Source of the DNA: an uncultured Verrucomicrobiae bacterium
GTDB taxonomy: Bacteria; Verrucomicrobiota; Verrucomicrobiia; Limisphaerales; Palsa-1400
Assembly (NCBI GenBank): GCA_963764165.1
Contig: CAVXRD010000002.1
Span: 1-64,000 of the forward strand
DNA: 64,000 nucleotides
Direction of reading: 5' to 3'
Part shown: piece by piece, positions 8,299 to 18,627 of the stretch
Layout: every line of letters begins with the position of its first letter
Position numbering within the stretch: the first letter of the stretch is position 1
Notes under the pieces: generated by a model
What the model was told of the DNA's origin: nothing
Seen by the model: the letters and a program-made list of their open reading frames with translations, nothing else
Databases searched by the model: none
Made by a program: the position numbers and the translations under genes

Positions 8299-10551
8299 AT
8301 GAAATTTGCGAAGAAATCAGATCAGAAGCAGATATGTCAATTATTGGGGCTGGCGCTGGCCTGCGGGTCAGTGGTCTCCAGCACGGCGCAGGGACAGACG
8401 GCCGCAGCGCCGCTTCCGCCCCCTGCGGTGAAATCAAACACAAACTCCGCACCCGGGACCAACACGCTCGAAGAGGTCACCGTCGAGGGGTCGATCGATG
8501 ACATCCGCACCACCATCGACGCCTCCATTGGGACGTCCTCTTACACGATCAATGCGGAAGCGATCCAGAACGAAGCTTCCGGCAACAATGCCTCGTTCAA
8601 CCAGATACTCCTGCGCGCGCCGGGCGTGGCGCAGGATTCGCTGGGGCAAGTCCATGTGCGGGGCGAGCACGCCAACTTGCAGTATCGCGTCAACGACGTG
8701 CTCCTGCCGGAAGGCATTTCCGGATTCGGGTCGGAATTCGACCCGCGATTTGTGCAAAGCATGGAATTGCTCACCGGACCGCTGCCGTCGGAATTCGGTT
8801 TCCGCACGGCGGGCATCGTCGACATCACCACCAAGAGCGGCGCGGCTCTCAACGGCGGTTCGGCGGAAGTTTACGGCGGAAGTTACGATACAATCCGGCC
8901 GAGTTTCGAGTATGGGACCACGGTTGGGAAAACGAGCCTCTTCGTCAACGGCAGCTACGACCACAACGACCTTGGCATCGAGAATTCCAGCCCGAATTCC
9001 GTCCCGATCCACGACTACACGGATCAATACAAGCTCTTCATGTATTATTCGTATGCCATGGATCCGACCAGCCGGCTGATCACCATGGCGAGCTACTCCT
9101 ACAGTGCATTCGAGATTCCCATCAACCCCGCTCAACTTCCCACCCCGCAGCCCAGCGGAGCGGCGTGGACAGGGGGTGCGGAGCCATCGGTCTTTTCGCT
9201 CAACGACAATCAAGACGAGCAGAATGATTACGTCGTCCTGGCTTATCAGAAATCGTCCGGTGATTTAAGTTATCAATTCTCCATCTTCGGCCGCGAAAGC
9301 AGTGCGCATTACATCCCGGGCGAGGTCCAATCCGCGCTGGATTTCAACAACGGGGTGGCGACGGATGAAGACCGCATTCTCTATTCAGGCGGCTCTCAAC
9401 TCGACCTGACCTACACGCTGGGCAGCTCGCATACGCTGCGCGGCGGCCTCACTTATTTGCATGAGGGAGTGACGGCAAATACGGCCACCACGATCTTCGC
9501 TGTGGATGGCGCGGGAGACGCGACCAGCGGGCCGTATTCCATCACGCAGGACGGGACGCCGCACGCTGATTTTGGCGGCGGGTATTTGCAGGACGAATGG
9601 AAAATCTTCCCGCAACTTACGCTGAACGGCGGGGCGCGGTTTGATGCTTATTCCTCCGGCACGGATTCGGAGAATCAACTTAGTCCGCGGGCCAATCTCG
9701 TTTACAACCCTTGGAAATCGACCACGCTGCACGGCGGTTACGCGCGTTATTTCACGCCTCCACCGTTGGAGACGGTGGCGGGCTCGGACATCACGGCCTT
9801 CAACGGGACAACCGGCGCATCGAGCGTTTCCGGCCCTTACGGCATCGTCAAGGCGGAGCGCGCCAATTATTATGACTTCGGCGTCAGCCAGAAGATTCCC
9901 GCCGTGCCGGGCTTGGCAGTCGGCGTCGACGCCTATTACAAAACCGCGCAGAACCAATTGGACGACGGCTTCTTCGGCCAATCGCTGATTCTCTCATCGT
10001 TCAACTACGAGCGCGGCCGGGTGCAAGGGATCGAATTCACCATCAATTACGAAACGAACGGACTCTCCACATACGCCAACGTCGCCCTTTCCAAGGCGCA
10101 AGGCGAAGGCGCGTCTTCCGCACAATACCTGTGGAGTGACACCACCGAAGTCAATTACATCAACAGCCATTGGGTTTCGCTTGATCACGATCAGGCTGTT
10201 ACTGGATCGTTCGGTGCGGCCTATTCGTGGAACGAAGCTGGCCGCTGGAGCACGCGCATTTTTGTCGACGCCCTCTACGGCAGCGGCCTGAAGCAGGACG
10301 GGCCGGGCCTCATTCCGGGAACCGACGAACAAATTCCGAACGGTTCCAGCGTCGGGGCCTATTACTCGGTCAATCTCGGCGTTGCTGAAAAACTGCGTCT
10401 CGTCAAGAAGCAGGCGCTCGTGGCCCGGCTGGACATCATCAACATCACCGACAACGTTTATCCGCTGCGCACTGGAACCGGCATCGGTGTCAACGCGCCC
10501 CAATACGGCGAACGGCGCGGCATCTTTGGCTCGTTGAGTTACGAGTTCTAA
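8299..10551 (+). CDS. TonB-dependent outer-membrane receptor
   Basis: Signal peptide, TonB-box-like TLEEVTVEG, plug motifs (PGV, VRG), YLQDEW, LNGGARFD, terminal SLSYEF; next to tonB-exbB-exbD. Confidence 0.92.
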   Translation: MKFAKKSDQKQICQLLGLALACGSVVSSTAQGQTAAAPLPPPAVKSNTNSAPGTNTLEEVTVEGSIDDIRTTIDASIGTSSYTINAEAIQNEASGNNASFNQILLRAPGVAQDSLGQVHVRGEHANLQYRVNDVLLPEGISGFGSEFDPRFVQSMELLTGPLPSEFGFRTAGIVDITTKSGAALNGGSAEVYGGSYDTIRPSFEYGTTVGKTSLFVNGSYDHNDLGIENSSPNSVPIHDYTDQYKLFMYYSYAMDPTSRLITMASYSYSAFEIPINPAQLPTPQPSGAAWTGGAEPSVFSLNDNQDEQNDYVVLAYQKSSGDLSYQFSIFGRESSAHYIPGEVQSALDFNNGVATDEDRILYSGGSQLDLTYTLGSSHTLRGGLTYLHEGVTANTATTIFAVDGAGDATSGPYSITQDGTPHADFGGGYLQDEWKIFPQLTLNGGARFDAYSSGTDSENQLSPRANLVYNPWKSTTLHGGYARYFTPPPLETVAGSDITAFNGTTGASSVSGPYGIVKAERANYYDFGVSQKIPAVPGLAVGVDAYYKTAQNQLDDGFFGQSLILSSFNYERGRVQGIEFTINYETNGLSTYANVALSKAQGEGASSAQYLWSDTTEVNYINSHWVSLDHDQAVTGSFGAAYSWNEAGRWSTRIFVDALYGSGLKQDGPGLIPGTDEQIPNGSSVGAYYSVNLGVAEKLRLVKKQALVARLDIINITDNVYPLRTGTGIGVNAPQYGERRGIFGSLSYEF

Positions 10552-10588
10552 ATCACGGTGGGATTGCGCTCTTAACTGAAACTGATTT

Positions 10589-11296
10589 GTGGCGGCTGTC
10601 GAATACAAATTGAGGTCCGAACTGGCGCTGGCGTGTTTGCCATCGCCGCAGCGGGCCATTCCGCGCCGGCTGGCGTGGGCCAATTCGATCAGCTTGATGT
10701 TTCTCATCATCGGCATCGCCGGAGCGCAATCCCATCTCGCCCCACGAAAGCCACTTCCGCCGCTGGAGCAGCCGATACCAGTCATCGTGGAACCGCCGCC
10801 GCCCGTCGAGCAGCAGAAAACGGAAATCAAACCGACCGAGTCGCAAAACACGGATGAGAAACCCGCCGCGCCAGCCGTGCCACAAATGGTGACGATTGAC
10901 ACGCCGGCCATTAATTTCTCCGTGCCGACGCCCGGCAGCTTGCTGAGCGCGACGGCCGTTGCGCCCGAGGCGGAACGCGCTGCGGCAGTCCAGACGGCGG
11001 CGTCCGCCCCGGTGAAGCAGGAACCGCAAACGATTCAAAGCAGTGGAAAAGAGGGTGACCGGCCTATGGCCTATCCCCGAATGGCGCTGGAACTTCGCCA
11101 GCAAGGAAGAGTCGTCGTGGAAGTCACAGTAAACGACGAAGGGAAGGTTGTTAAAACCTCCATCCAGAAAAGCTCGGGTTTCCCGTTATTGGATCAAGGC
11201 GCGGAAGAAACAATTCGACGGCGCTGGAAACAGTTGCCCGCAAACGGCAGCCACGTCTTCCTGGCGCCGATCAACTTCACATTGAGCACAAAATAA
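10589..11296 (+). CDS. tonB: Energy transducer TonB
   Basis: TM anchor, Pro-rich linker and TonB_C signature YP...QGRVVVEVTV...SSGFPLLDQ. Confidence 0.88.
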   Translation: MAAVEYKLRSELALACLPSPQRAIPRRLAWANSISLMFLIIGIAGAQSHLAPRKPLPPLEQPIPVIVEPPPPVEQQKTEIKPTESQNTDEKPAAPAVPQMVTIDTPAINFSVPTPGSLLSATAVAPEAERAAAVQTAASAPVKQEPQTIQSSGKEGDRPMAYPRMALELRQQGRVVVEVTVNDEGKVVKTSIQKSSGFPLLDQGAEETIRRRWKQLPANGSHVFLAPINFTLSTK

Positions 11297-11301
11297 ATTT
11301 T

Positions 11302-11922
11302 ATGATGGCAAATATCGTAGTTCAATTCTTCCTCCAAGGAGGACCGGTCATGTACCCGATCCTCATCTGCGCCCTCGTGGCGGTGGCGGTCGTAGGGGAG
11401 CGGACTTTCTGGTGGCTCCGAGAATCGAGCCGGCGCGATCCGGATCGACTCGCGAAAATTCTCGCCGCGCTCGAGAACGACGATGTTCCGGCCGCCGCGA
11501 AACTTGCCGAAGGCTCGCCGGATCCTGTCATTCGGATGATTCACAACGCCCTCGGCCACACCGGCCACGTCCACGCCTCGCTGCAAGGCGTGCTGGAATT
11601 GGGCGCCGGCATTGAACTGGAGCGCGCCGGGCGTTTCCTGACCATCATGGACACGCTGGTCACGCTCGCGCCGCTGCTCGGATTGCTGGGAACGGTGACG
11701 GGTTTGATGCGAGCCTTCCTGAGCATCGGCACCGCCGAGTTGTCCGTCACAGCCGTTACGGGCGGCATTGGCGAGGCGCTCATCGCGACCGCCTGCGGGT
11801 TGGGGATCGCGATTTTCTCCGTGGTGCCATTCAATTTTTTCACCGCAAAAGTCGCGCGGCTGCAATTTGAACTGGAAGCCGCCGCCACCAACGTGGAGAT
11901 CATGGTGCATCCGCCCAAGTGA
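11302..11922 (+). CDS. exbB: MotA/TolQ/ExbB proton channel protein
   Basis: GGPVMYPI, APLLGLLGTVTGLM, GIGEALIATACGL. Confidence 0.92.
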   Translation: MMANIVVQFFLQGGPVMYPILICALVAVAVVGERTFWWLRESSRRDPDRLAKILAALENDDVPAAAKLAEGSPDPVIRMIHNALGHTGHVHASLQGVLELGAGIELERAGRFLTIMDTLVTLAPLLGLLGTVTGLMRAFLSIGTAELSVTAVTGGIGEALIATACGLGIAIFSVVPFNFFTAKVARLQFELEAAATNVEIMVHPPK

Positions 11923-11923
11923 A

Positions 11924-12349
11924 ATGAAGCTGCACTCTCCCATCAAGCGCCGGCATACGCGGATTGAGATCATTCCCCTGATCGACATCATGTTCTTTTT
12001 GCTGGCGTCGTTCATGATGGTGAGCCTGCAACTGGAAAGCACCAAGAACATCAAGGTCAACCTGCCCAATTCCCAAATGGGCCGCCCGGATTTCAAACCC
12101 GGCATGCTGAGCATCGCAGTCGATAAAGCGGGCCTGGTCTGGCTGGAGAAAACGAACGTGTCGCTCGCGCAATTGGATCAGGCGCTGACCAATCGCTTTC
12201 ATATTGACACAAATTTGCCCGTCTACATCAGCGGAGACTCTGCCACGCCGCACGGCGCCATGTGCGACGTGCTGGATGCGGTGCGCCGGGCTGGCGTGCA
12301 AAAAGTGGCCTTCATGGTGGAAGGCGGAACGAACGGAGTGGCGCAATGA
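11924..12349 (+). CDS. exbD: Biopolymer transporter ExbD
   Basis: IEIIPLIDIMFFLLASFMM with the conserved TM Asp; ATG at 11924 immediately after exbB. Confidence 0.92.
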   Translation: MKLHSPIKRRHTRIEIIPLIDIMFFLLASFMMVSLQLESTKNIKVNLPNSQMGRPDFKPGMLSIAVDKAGLVWLEKTNVSLAQLDQALTNRFHIDTNLPVYISGDSATPHGAMCDVLDAVRRAGVQKVAFMVEGGTNGVAQ

Positions 12350-12777
12350 AAATCCGCTCACCTCTCGCCCCGCGCCGCACGCGGATTGAAATCATCCCGC
12401 TGATTGACATCATGTTCTTCCTGCTCGCTTCGTTCATGATGGTGAGCCTGCAGATGCAGAAGGTGCGCACGTTGAAAGCCAGCCTGCCCACCGCTACTCA
12501 AATCACCTCCACCAAGAAGCCGGACATGGTCAAACTCAAAGTCGATTCCTATGGGCAGCTCTCGATGGATGACAAAGCGATGTCGATCCCTGATCTTGAC
12601 CGCGCGCTCGGCGAACGGCTGAAAGCCAACACCAACGTTCCGGTTTATTTGAGCGGAAGCCGGAACACCACCCACGGCCAGATGGTCTACGTGCTCGACC
12701 ACGTCCGGCAATTGGGCATTCAACGCGTCGCCTTTTCCGTCAAACCAGACCCGCCCGCCGCTGGATCAACTCCATGA
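12346..12777 (+). CDS. exbD: Biopolymer transporter ExbD, second copy
   Basis: Same TM motif IEIIPLIDIMFFLLASFMMVSLQ; ATGA overlap with the first exbD. Confidence 0.92.
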   Translation: MKIRSPLAPRRTRIEIIPLIDIMFFLLASFMMVSLQMQKVRTLKASLPTATQITSTKKPDMVKLKVDSYGQLSMDDKAMSIPDLDRALGERLKANTNVPVYLSGSRNTTHGQMVYVLDHVRQLGIQRVAFSVKPDPPAAGSTP

Positions 12778-13319
12778 AAAATCTTTTGCAAAACTTGCTC
12801 GTCGTCCTGTCCTTATGCCTGTGCGCGATGTGCGCGTGGCAGTGGTACGTGCAGGCCCAACTTCATGTGCAGGGCGACGCGCTGCAGCAAACCGTGCTCA
12901 AGCAGGCGGAGGAAATCCAGAGCAACACCAACCGCATCAAAAGCATGGACTCGGAAATTTCCGGCCTTTCCACGCGGGTGGAAGAATTAATCAAACGCCT
13001 GGATGCAACGATCATCAGCAACAAGTCGCTGGAAAGCGAAGTCTGGACATTGCACGGAACGGCGGGAGTCCTAAGCAATGAGATCGACCAATACAAGGAA
13101 ATCGTCGACAAGATGAACGCCAAATTGGAATCAGCGGCGGAGGGGATCAAAAAGCAAAACGAGGCCATTAAGACCATCGCCGCCGAGCGCGACACCGCCA
13201 TCAACAAGGCCAACGACACGATGAAAGACCGCAATGCCATCGTCGAAAAATACAATGCGCTGGTGGAAAAATGGAACAAGCTGCAAACAAACGCGCCTGC
13301 CACGGCGGAAAAGAAGTAG
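12774..13319 (+). CDS. Membrane-anchored coiled-coil protein
   Basis: N-terminal TM helix then heptad-rich helix; ATGA overlap with exbD2. Confidence 0.75.
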   Translation: MKNLLQNLLVVLSLCLCAMCAWQWYVQAQLHVQGDALQQTVLKQAEEIQSNTNRIKSMDSEISGLSTRVEELIKRLDATIISNKSLESEVWTLHGTAGVLSNEIDQYKEIVDKMNAKLESAAEGIKKQNEAIKTIAAERDTAINKANDTMKDRNAIVEKYNALVEKWNKLQTNAPATAEKK

Positions 13320-13334
13320 CTTCCGAGAGAGCTC

Positions 13335-13491
13335 GCAGTCCGGGCTTTAGCCCGTCATCGACGCGCCCTGACTTTAGATCCCACCTGGGCAGGCTAAAGC
13401 CTGCACTACAAACTTGCCTGCGCTAAGGCGGCGCCGGGGTTTGCGCGCGAATCACACCTCACTCCGGACGCCTCAGCGAGGCGTTGCTACC
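13335..13491. repeat. REP cluster: GTAG-type doublet plus one family-A REP
   Basis: gcagtccgggctttagcccg (13335-13354) inverted against caggctaaagcctgcactac (13390-13409), with compensatory changes inside each hairpin; cggacgcctcagcgaggcgttgctacc at 13465-13491. Confidence 0.7.
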
Positions 13492-15045
13492 TTAGGGCTT
13501 CGGCTGCAGACGGGCGACCTCGTTGGTGAAATCCGATATGCTGTTGCTGACGACTGTGACACCCGTTTGATTCGCGCCACCCGGCCCGGTAATGAAAATG
13601 CCGTTGGTTCCCTTGCCGATGATCGCGTTCTTTGTGACGATGGAATACTCGTTCGTCGCAAAATTATTGACAACGACAACGCCGTCCCCACTCCCGGTGA
13701 AAATGGTATTCCCCAATATCCGGCACGATTGGGGCTGCGGCCCGTCAAGACGAATTCCCGCCGCGCTTCCGGTGACGGCGATCTTGTTTCCGGTGATGGT
13801 TGTGTCCTTTCCGCGAATAATCAGGCAGGCCTGTCCGTCTGTCTGAACGTTGAAGGTATTGAGGGCGATTCGCACGCCTGCGACATATGCAGCGTCCTCA
13901 TCAGGGCCGGAAGAATCCGTCAGCATCGCGCCCGCTCCCGGCACCGGCGCAACACAGCCCCCCGAGACTTCGTTGCCGAGGAACACGATGTCCTTTCCTC
14001 CAATGGCGATTCCCGCGCTGACCGACGCATCCGCCGCAATATCGAATGAGTTGCTGGCCAGGGTGATATGCGATGCATATTCCCCGAAGGCCACGCTCCG
14101 CCCAATAAACGTGTTGCCCTCGTAGGAGCCATCCTGGCTACTCTGCTGCGCCAATTCGATGTTTGCGGGCATTCCGCCAAAAGATAGAAAAATGTTCTTC
14201 CCAAATTGAAAGTCCCGCAGCGTCTTTAGCCGGAGGCCGCGGGCATCGCTGCTGCCCGGCAGCGTATCAATAATAAATTCATTATACTTCGCCATGAAAT
14301 GGACGGTCTCGGTGACGGACAATGGTTCTGCCCCTTGGATCGTTAAATTGAAAATCGCAATATTCGTAGTGGCCAGTTTCGCAACATTCGCGATCACCGG
14401 CCTGGCAAACGAACGCGCCAGCGCATCCCACAATTCCAAACCGCCAATGCTCGTCTTGACAGCCTTGACCTGGTTTATTTCGGCGGGGATGACGCCGCCA
14501 TTGGTCGAATTGTAAATGGCCACGTAATCACCGGCGGAAAATTTCGACGAATCCGACGGCGTGGAGAGCATGACCACCGAATTGCTTTCAGCCGTCGGTT
14601 CGAGCGGGAAGAAGCCGCCATTCAATTCGGGCTTTTGGAAGCGAATCACGGCGTAATCCGGGCCGACCGCGAGCACCGTGTTGTGGACTTCGCGCGATCC
14701 GGCGGGGACGGGATGCCGTCCGCCCGGGCCTTGCATCAGCTTCGTCCCGCCCGCCCCCTTGAGCCGGACGTTGGAGCCCATGATGAGATTGTAGAAAAAA
14801 TCCGGCTGGCTGCTCGGGTGAGCCGTGTTCAGAAAATACGTCCCATTTGTAAATTCCACCAAACCACCGCCAGCCGCCGCGGCAGCGTCAATGGCCCGCT
14901 GAATCGCCGCCGTGTCATCGGTGGCGCCATCGCCAGCCGCCCCGAAGTCATGCACTTTGAAATGCGGCAACGCCCCCCGCGCCACCGCCAAAGCTGTCAA
15001 TAAAACAACCGCGATGCCTAGGAACCGATTCGGACGGAAAATCAT
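13492..15045 (-). CDS. Secreted right-handed beta-helix protein (pectate-lyase-3 / GH28-like N-terminus)
   Basis: VHDFGAAGDGATDDTAAIQRAID motif after a signal peptide; repeated IxGNxI beta-helix turns. ATG 15045 chosen as start. Confidence 0.8.
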   Translation of the reverse strand: MIFRPNRFLGIAVVLLTALAVARGALPHFKVHDFGAAGDGATDDTAAIQRAIDAAAAAGGGLVEFTNGTYFLNTAHPSSQPDFFYNLIMGSNVRLKGAGGTKLMQGPGGRHPVPAGSREVHNTVLAVGPDYAVIRFQKPELNGGFFPLEPTAESNSVVMLSTPSDSSKFSAGDYVAIYNSTNGGVIPAEINQVKAVKTSIGGLELWDALARSFARPVIANVAKLATTNIAIFNLTIQGAEPLSVTETVHFMAKYNEFIIDTLPGSSDARGLRLKTLRDFQFGKNIFLSFGGMPANIELAQQSSQDGSYEGNTFIGRSVAFGEYASHITLASNSFDIAADASVSAGIAIGGKDIVFLGNEVSGGCVAPVPGAGAMLTDSSGPDEDAAYVAGVRIALNTFNVQTDGQACLIIRGKDTTITGNKIAVTGSAAGIRLDGPQPQSCRILGNTIFTGSGDGVVVVNNFATNEYSIVTKNAIIGKGTNGIFITGPGGANQTGVTVVSNSISDFTNEVARLQPKP

Positions 15046-15136
15046 TCGGTGCGAGCATACGACAAAACCAACCCGAATGCACCCCATCACTTGTGTGCCA
15101 TAACTCTCATCACCCCCATTCATCCCATCTTCACTT

Positions 15137-15165
15137 TTGACACCACCCGCCCCCTCCTGTACCTT
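15137..15165 (+). promoter_or_regulatory. Sigma70-type promoter of the Fe-S carrier gene
   Basis: TTGACA (15137-15142), 17-nt spacer, TACCTT (15160-15165), 9 nt before the ATG. Confidence 0.65.
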
Positions 15166-15174
15166 GCCAGAGTT

Positions 15175-15540
15175 ATGACCACAGACCCTGTAGTCACACT
15201 AACCGAAAACGCCGCCAACGAAGTTCGCGCCAAGCTGGCGGACGACGCCGAGGGCGCCTCGAAGGGCTTGCGTCTTTACGTGGAAAAAGGCGGCTGCTCC
15301 GGTCTGCAATACGGCATGGTGTTCGACCAAAAACGCGCCGACGATTTTGAGGCTGCTTTTTTTGGAGTCTTGGTGCTGGTGGATCCGTTTAGCGCGGATT
15401 ATCTGCGGGGTTCCGTGGTGGATTTTTCAGACGCCCTGACCGGTGGCGGTTTCAGAATCACCAATCCCAAGGCCGCCCAAAGCTGCGGCTGCGGCAAATC
15501 CTTCGAGCCAGCGCAAGAAGGCGCGCATAGTCATCACTAA
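15175..15540 (+). CDS. Iron-sulfur cluster assembly accessory protein (HesB/IscA/ErpA family)
   Basis: TLTENAA, GGCSGLQY, NPKAAQSCGCGKSF. Confidence 0.93.
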   Translation: MTTDPVVTLTENAANEVRAKLADDAEGASKGLRLYVEKGGCSGLQYGMVFDQKRADDFEAAFFGVLVLVDPFSADYLRGSVVDFSDALTGGGFRITNPKAAQSCGCGKSFEPAQEGAHSHH

Positions 15541-15560
15541 TTCGTCGCCCATAATTGAAT

Positions 15561-15664
15561 GGAGCGCGGCAGTGTCGAAAACCAGCCACAGCCACGGCAA
15601 AACAGAGGGGCACGCTGGTTGATTCGAACGCTGCTGCGACTGGTCTTCGACACAGTCGCGCTCC
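15561..15664. repeat. REPIN-like doublet, family B (GGAGCGCGGC...)
   Basis: ggagcgcggcagtgtcgaaaaccagccacagc inverted against gctgcgactggtcttcgacacagtcgcgctcc; further copies at 34919-35020 and 46585-46683. Confidence 0.8.
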
Positions 15665-15682
15665 GTCTCAAAAGACAGCTCC

Positions 15683-16828
15683 TCAATACGGCACCGCCAT
15701 GACCCGGACCGGGAACGCTGCTCCAGCGGTGGGCATGAACTGGAGCCAAACTCGACTGCCGCTGCTGCTCGGAGCATATTTCCCTTCCACTGCGGCGAGA
15801 GATTTGGAGGAAAATGATTTCCCGTCAGCGGGGATGATAAAATTGCCCCCGGCCAAAATCCCCCTATCGGCGGACACCGCGCCGCACCAGGGGCCGGCGC
15901 GTGGCGCAATCAGAAAACCAAGATTGCGGCCATCGCTTTTCGAACACGCCATGCGAATGCGATAGAGCACGCCAAAGTTTCCTTCGTTCGTCTCCGCTGT
16001 CGGGGGCGATACGGCGTTGTCGTAGCCAGTGACACTGGCATCATCAGCACCGCCGATCGGAAATTGAGCGATTCCACCCGCGGTGTCGCAGGCATACTCG
16101 CTGTCGGTGCGGTAAATTTTGTTGCATGAGGCAAAGGTGCCGCGCTCGTGATTGTCCCGGGAAAGCACGGTCAGAGTGGGCTCCACGGTGATGGGATCAT
16201 CCGACGGATGCAACGCGCAGACATAAATTGAGTGCGGCTGGTTAAACGTATAATCCCAAATGCCGTTCAGGACAGAACCGCGTGGAATATCGATGGAGTC
16301 AAAATTGGTGTCGAGCCGGACCATCGCGCCGGCTGGAATTGTCACACTGGCCGCCGGACGGTTGGTCAGGTAGCGATAAAAGGCCGATTCTCCGGTGGTC
16401 GGAAACACCGCGGCTGGCCCGGCACATCCGTGCGCTTTCACCGCCAGCGTGCCAGGACCGGTTCCGTTATTCTTAATCAACACGCTAAAACGCAAGCTTC
16501 CTCCCGGATAATCCGCCTGGTGGTAAACGAATACGCGGTTGGTGAAAGCCGTGCCGGTGGAAGCAAGCGTGGTGTCCTTGTAAAGAATGCCGCGATCGGC
16601 CGGGCTCTCCGGCGAATCAGACAATATCAGCCGCCCGGAACTCCAGGTCTGCACCATCGGCATTTTCGGGCAGCGGAGCGGATTTATGCCGGACAAACTA
16701 ATAACCTCGCCTTGGGAAGCGGACTCGAGCGCGCTCTTGAGAGCGGGCGGAGTCGCCACTTGCGCCACCGCCGCCAATGAGGAAAGGCAAAGGAGAGCGA
16801 GGATTTTTGGTTTAATGTTCGACTTCAA
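15683..16828 (-). CDS. Secreted hypothetical protein
   Basis: 381-aa ORF with signal peptide; conserved-looking blocks LSDSPE, GILYKD, GNFGVLY. No function recognised. Confidence 0.7.
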   Translation of the reverse strand: MKSNIKPKILALLCLSSLAAVAQVATPPALKSALESASQGEVISLSGINPLRCPKMPMVQTWSSGRLILSDSPESPADRGILYKDTTLASTGTAFTNRVFVYHQADYPGGSLRFSVLIKNNGTGPGTLAVKAHGCAGPAAVFPTTGESAFYRYLTNRPAASVTIPAGAMVRLDTNFDSIDIPRGSVLNGIWDYTFNQPHSIYVCALHPSDDPITVEPTLTVLSRDNHERGTFASCNKIYRTDSEYACDTAGGIAQFPIGGADDASVTGYDNAVSPPTAETNEGNFGVLYRIRMACSKSDGRNLGFLIAPRAGPWCGAVSADRGILAGGNFIIPADGKSFSSKSLAAVEGKYAPSSSGSRVWLQFMPTAGAAFPVRVMAVPY

Positions 16829-17233
16829 TAATTACCGGACCTCTGGTTTAAGGACGACTGCGGATTCCCACGCTAAAATTATCCGCGACGCTCCAATTGG
16901 CAACGAAATTCTTCCCAACTGCGAAGCGACGGGCGCATCTCGGTTCACGTGAGGGCGGGGATTTGTCTTTGTCTTTCTCTGCGCACTCATCTTCTCTGCG
17001 CAAATATTTTTTTCCCCTCGCAGGCCATGGACGATGCGTATGAAGTCGTCCTTGATTCACTCCAAGCCAAGATTAAGAGCGAGACCTGCTTGGGACTTCG
17101 GGAACAAAATGAGATTCCTCGCCATTTTCGGTGGAATGAGACAACTCGTTAGCCGTCGTTGCGGGACAACCCATTTGGAATCCAGGCTTGGCACTGGCTT
17201 GGCCAAAGCTCGGTATAGTGTATGATCTCGAAA

Positions 17234-17482
17234 AAGGGGCAACACCCGCTACACGGTTGACCATCAACGAGATAAGGGGCAACAAAAATAGCAACAAACC
17301 CGCAACAGACCCGCAACATTTCTTCCCGCGCTGACCGGTTGCATGAAACGCGGCGTCTTTCCGTCGTTCCCTGAAAATTTTCATCAAGATGCCAGCACCA
17401 TCATTGTTCCATTGAAAACAGCGAGGAACCCAATGTAGCGGTTTATCTGGTTGATAATCAACGATGGATCGGGTGTAACGGG
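17234..17482. repeat. Phased GCAACA / CCCGCWACA short-repeat tract
   Basis: GCAACA at 17239, 17279, 17291, 17302 and 17313; variant cccgctaca at 17245; inverted variants near 17434 and 17473. Confidence 0.6.
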
Positions 17483-17767
17483 TTTTTCGAGATTATATGC
17501 ACATTCAATGCTGTGCCCTGCCAGTTCCCTGTTTGGTTTCTCCAGCTCGAAACTCTGCCCTGCCCTCAATTTTCCAGAATTTTCGCATTGCGTTCGGACT
17601 GAGCCGTGTTACTTTGCCCATCCCTCTGGGCAATTTGCCCGGGTGGAAAACGGCCTAAATCTGGCTTCGTGTGAAGCTGGGCGGCCATAATAACACTAAA
17701 TATAATCCCGTGTTCCGCGGGATGGTCGGAGCCGAAAAACGGCGCGATCTCTAACAAAAGGAAAATT

Positions 17768-18592
17768 GTGATCAGTATTGGCCTGAAAGAATTGCTGGAT
17801 GCCGGCGTCCATTTTGGACACCAAACCCGCCGCTGGAATCCCAAGATGAAGCCATTCATCTTCGATGCCCGCAATGGCATTCATATCATCGACCTGAGCA
17901 AATCGCTCACTCAATTGGAAACCGCCTGCACCTTTCTCAGCAGCGTGGTCAGCAAGGGCGGACATGTGCTGTTTGTCGGCACCAAGAAGCAGGCGCAGGA
18001 AGCCGTCAAGGAATCGGCCAAAGCCTGTGGACAACTTTACGTGACGGAACGCTGGCTCGGCGGCACGCTCACGAATTTCAACACTATCAAGCGCTCCATC
18101 GCCCGCCTCAAACAAATTGAACGCTGGGAAACCGATGGCAGCATCAATCAATACGGCAAGCAGGAGCAATCCATGTATCGCCGCGAAGCCGCCCGCCTGT
18201 TCAAGAACCTGGACGGCATCCGCACGATGGACAAATATCCCGCCGCCATGTTCGTGGTGGACATCAAGCGCGAGCACAACGCGATTGCCGAAGCCCGCCG
18301 CTTGAAAATTCCGATCGTCGCGCTCGTTGATACGAACTGCGATCCGCAGTTGGTGGATTATCCAATTGCCGGCAACGACGACGCGATTCGTTCCGTCCGC
18401 CTGATCTTGCAGACCGTCGTCCAGACGATTACGCAAGCCCGCGCTGAATACGAATCCAAGTACGGCCGCCGCAAAACGGAAGAAGCCGCCGCTGCCGCCG
18501 CGGAAACGGCACCTGCCGAAACCGCTCCGGTTCCCCCCGCTCCCGAAGCGGCCCCTGCCCCTGAAGCCGCCACGGCTCCAGCGGTGAGCTAA
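17768..18592 (+). CDS. rpsB: 30S ribosomal protein S2
   Basis: [42 protein letters not shown]. Confidence 0.98.
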   Translation: MISIGLKELLDAGVHFGHQTRRWNPKMKPFIFDARNGIHIIDLSKSLTQLETACTFLSSVVSKGGHVLFVGTKKQAQEAVKESAKACGQLYVTERWLGGTLTNFNTIKRSIARLKQIERWETDGSINQYGKQEQSMYRREAARLFKNLDGIRTMDKYPAAMFVVDIKREHNAIAEARRLKIPIVALVDTNCDPQLVDYPIAGNDDAIRSVRLILQTVVQTITQARAEYESKYGRRKTEEAAAAAAETAPAETAPVPPAPEAAPAPEAATAPAVS

Positions 18593-18627
18593 CATATTTA
18601 ATTGCAACGATAGTATAGATAGGATTT

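Noticed and set aside
18480..18592. Ala/Pro/Glu repeats at the end of rpsB
   Set aside because: Low-complexity tails are common on S2 proteins; no separate element is implied.
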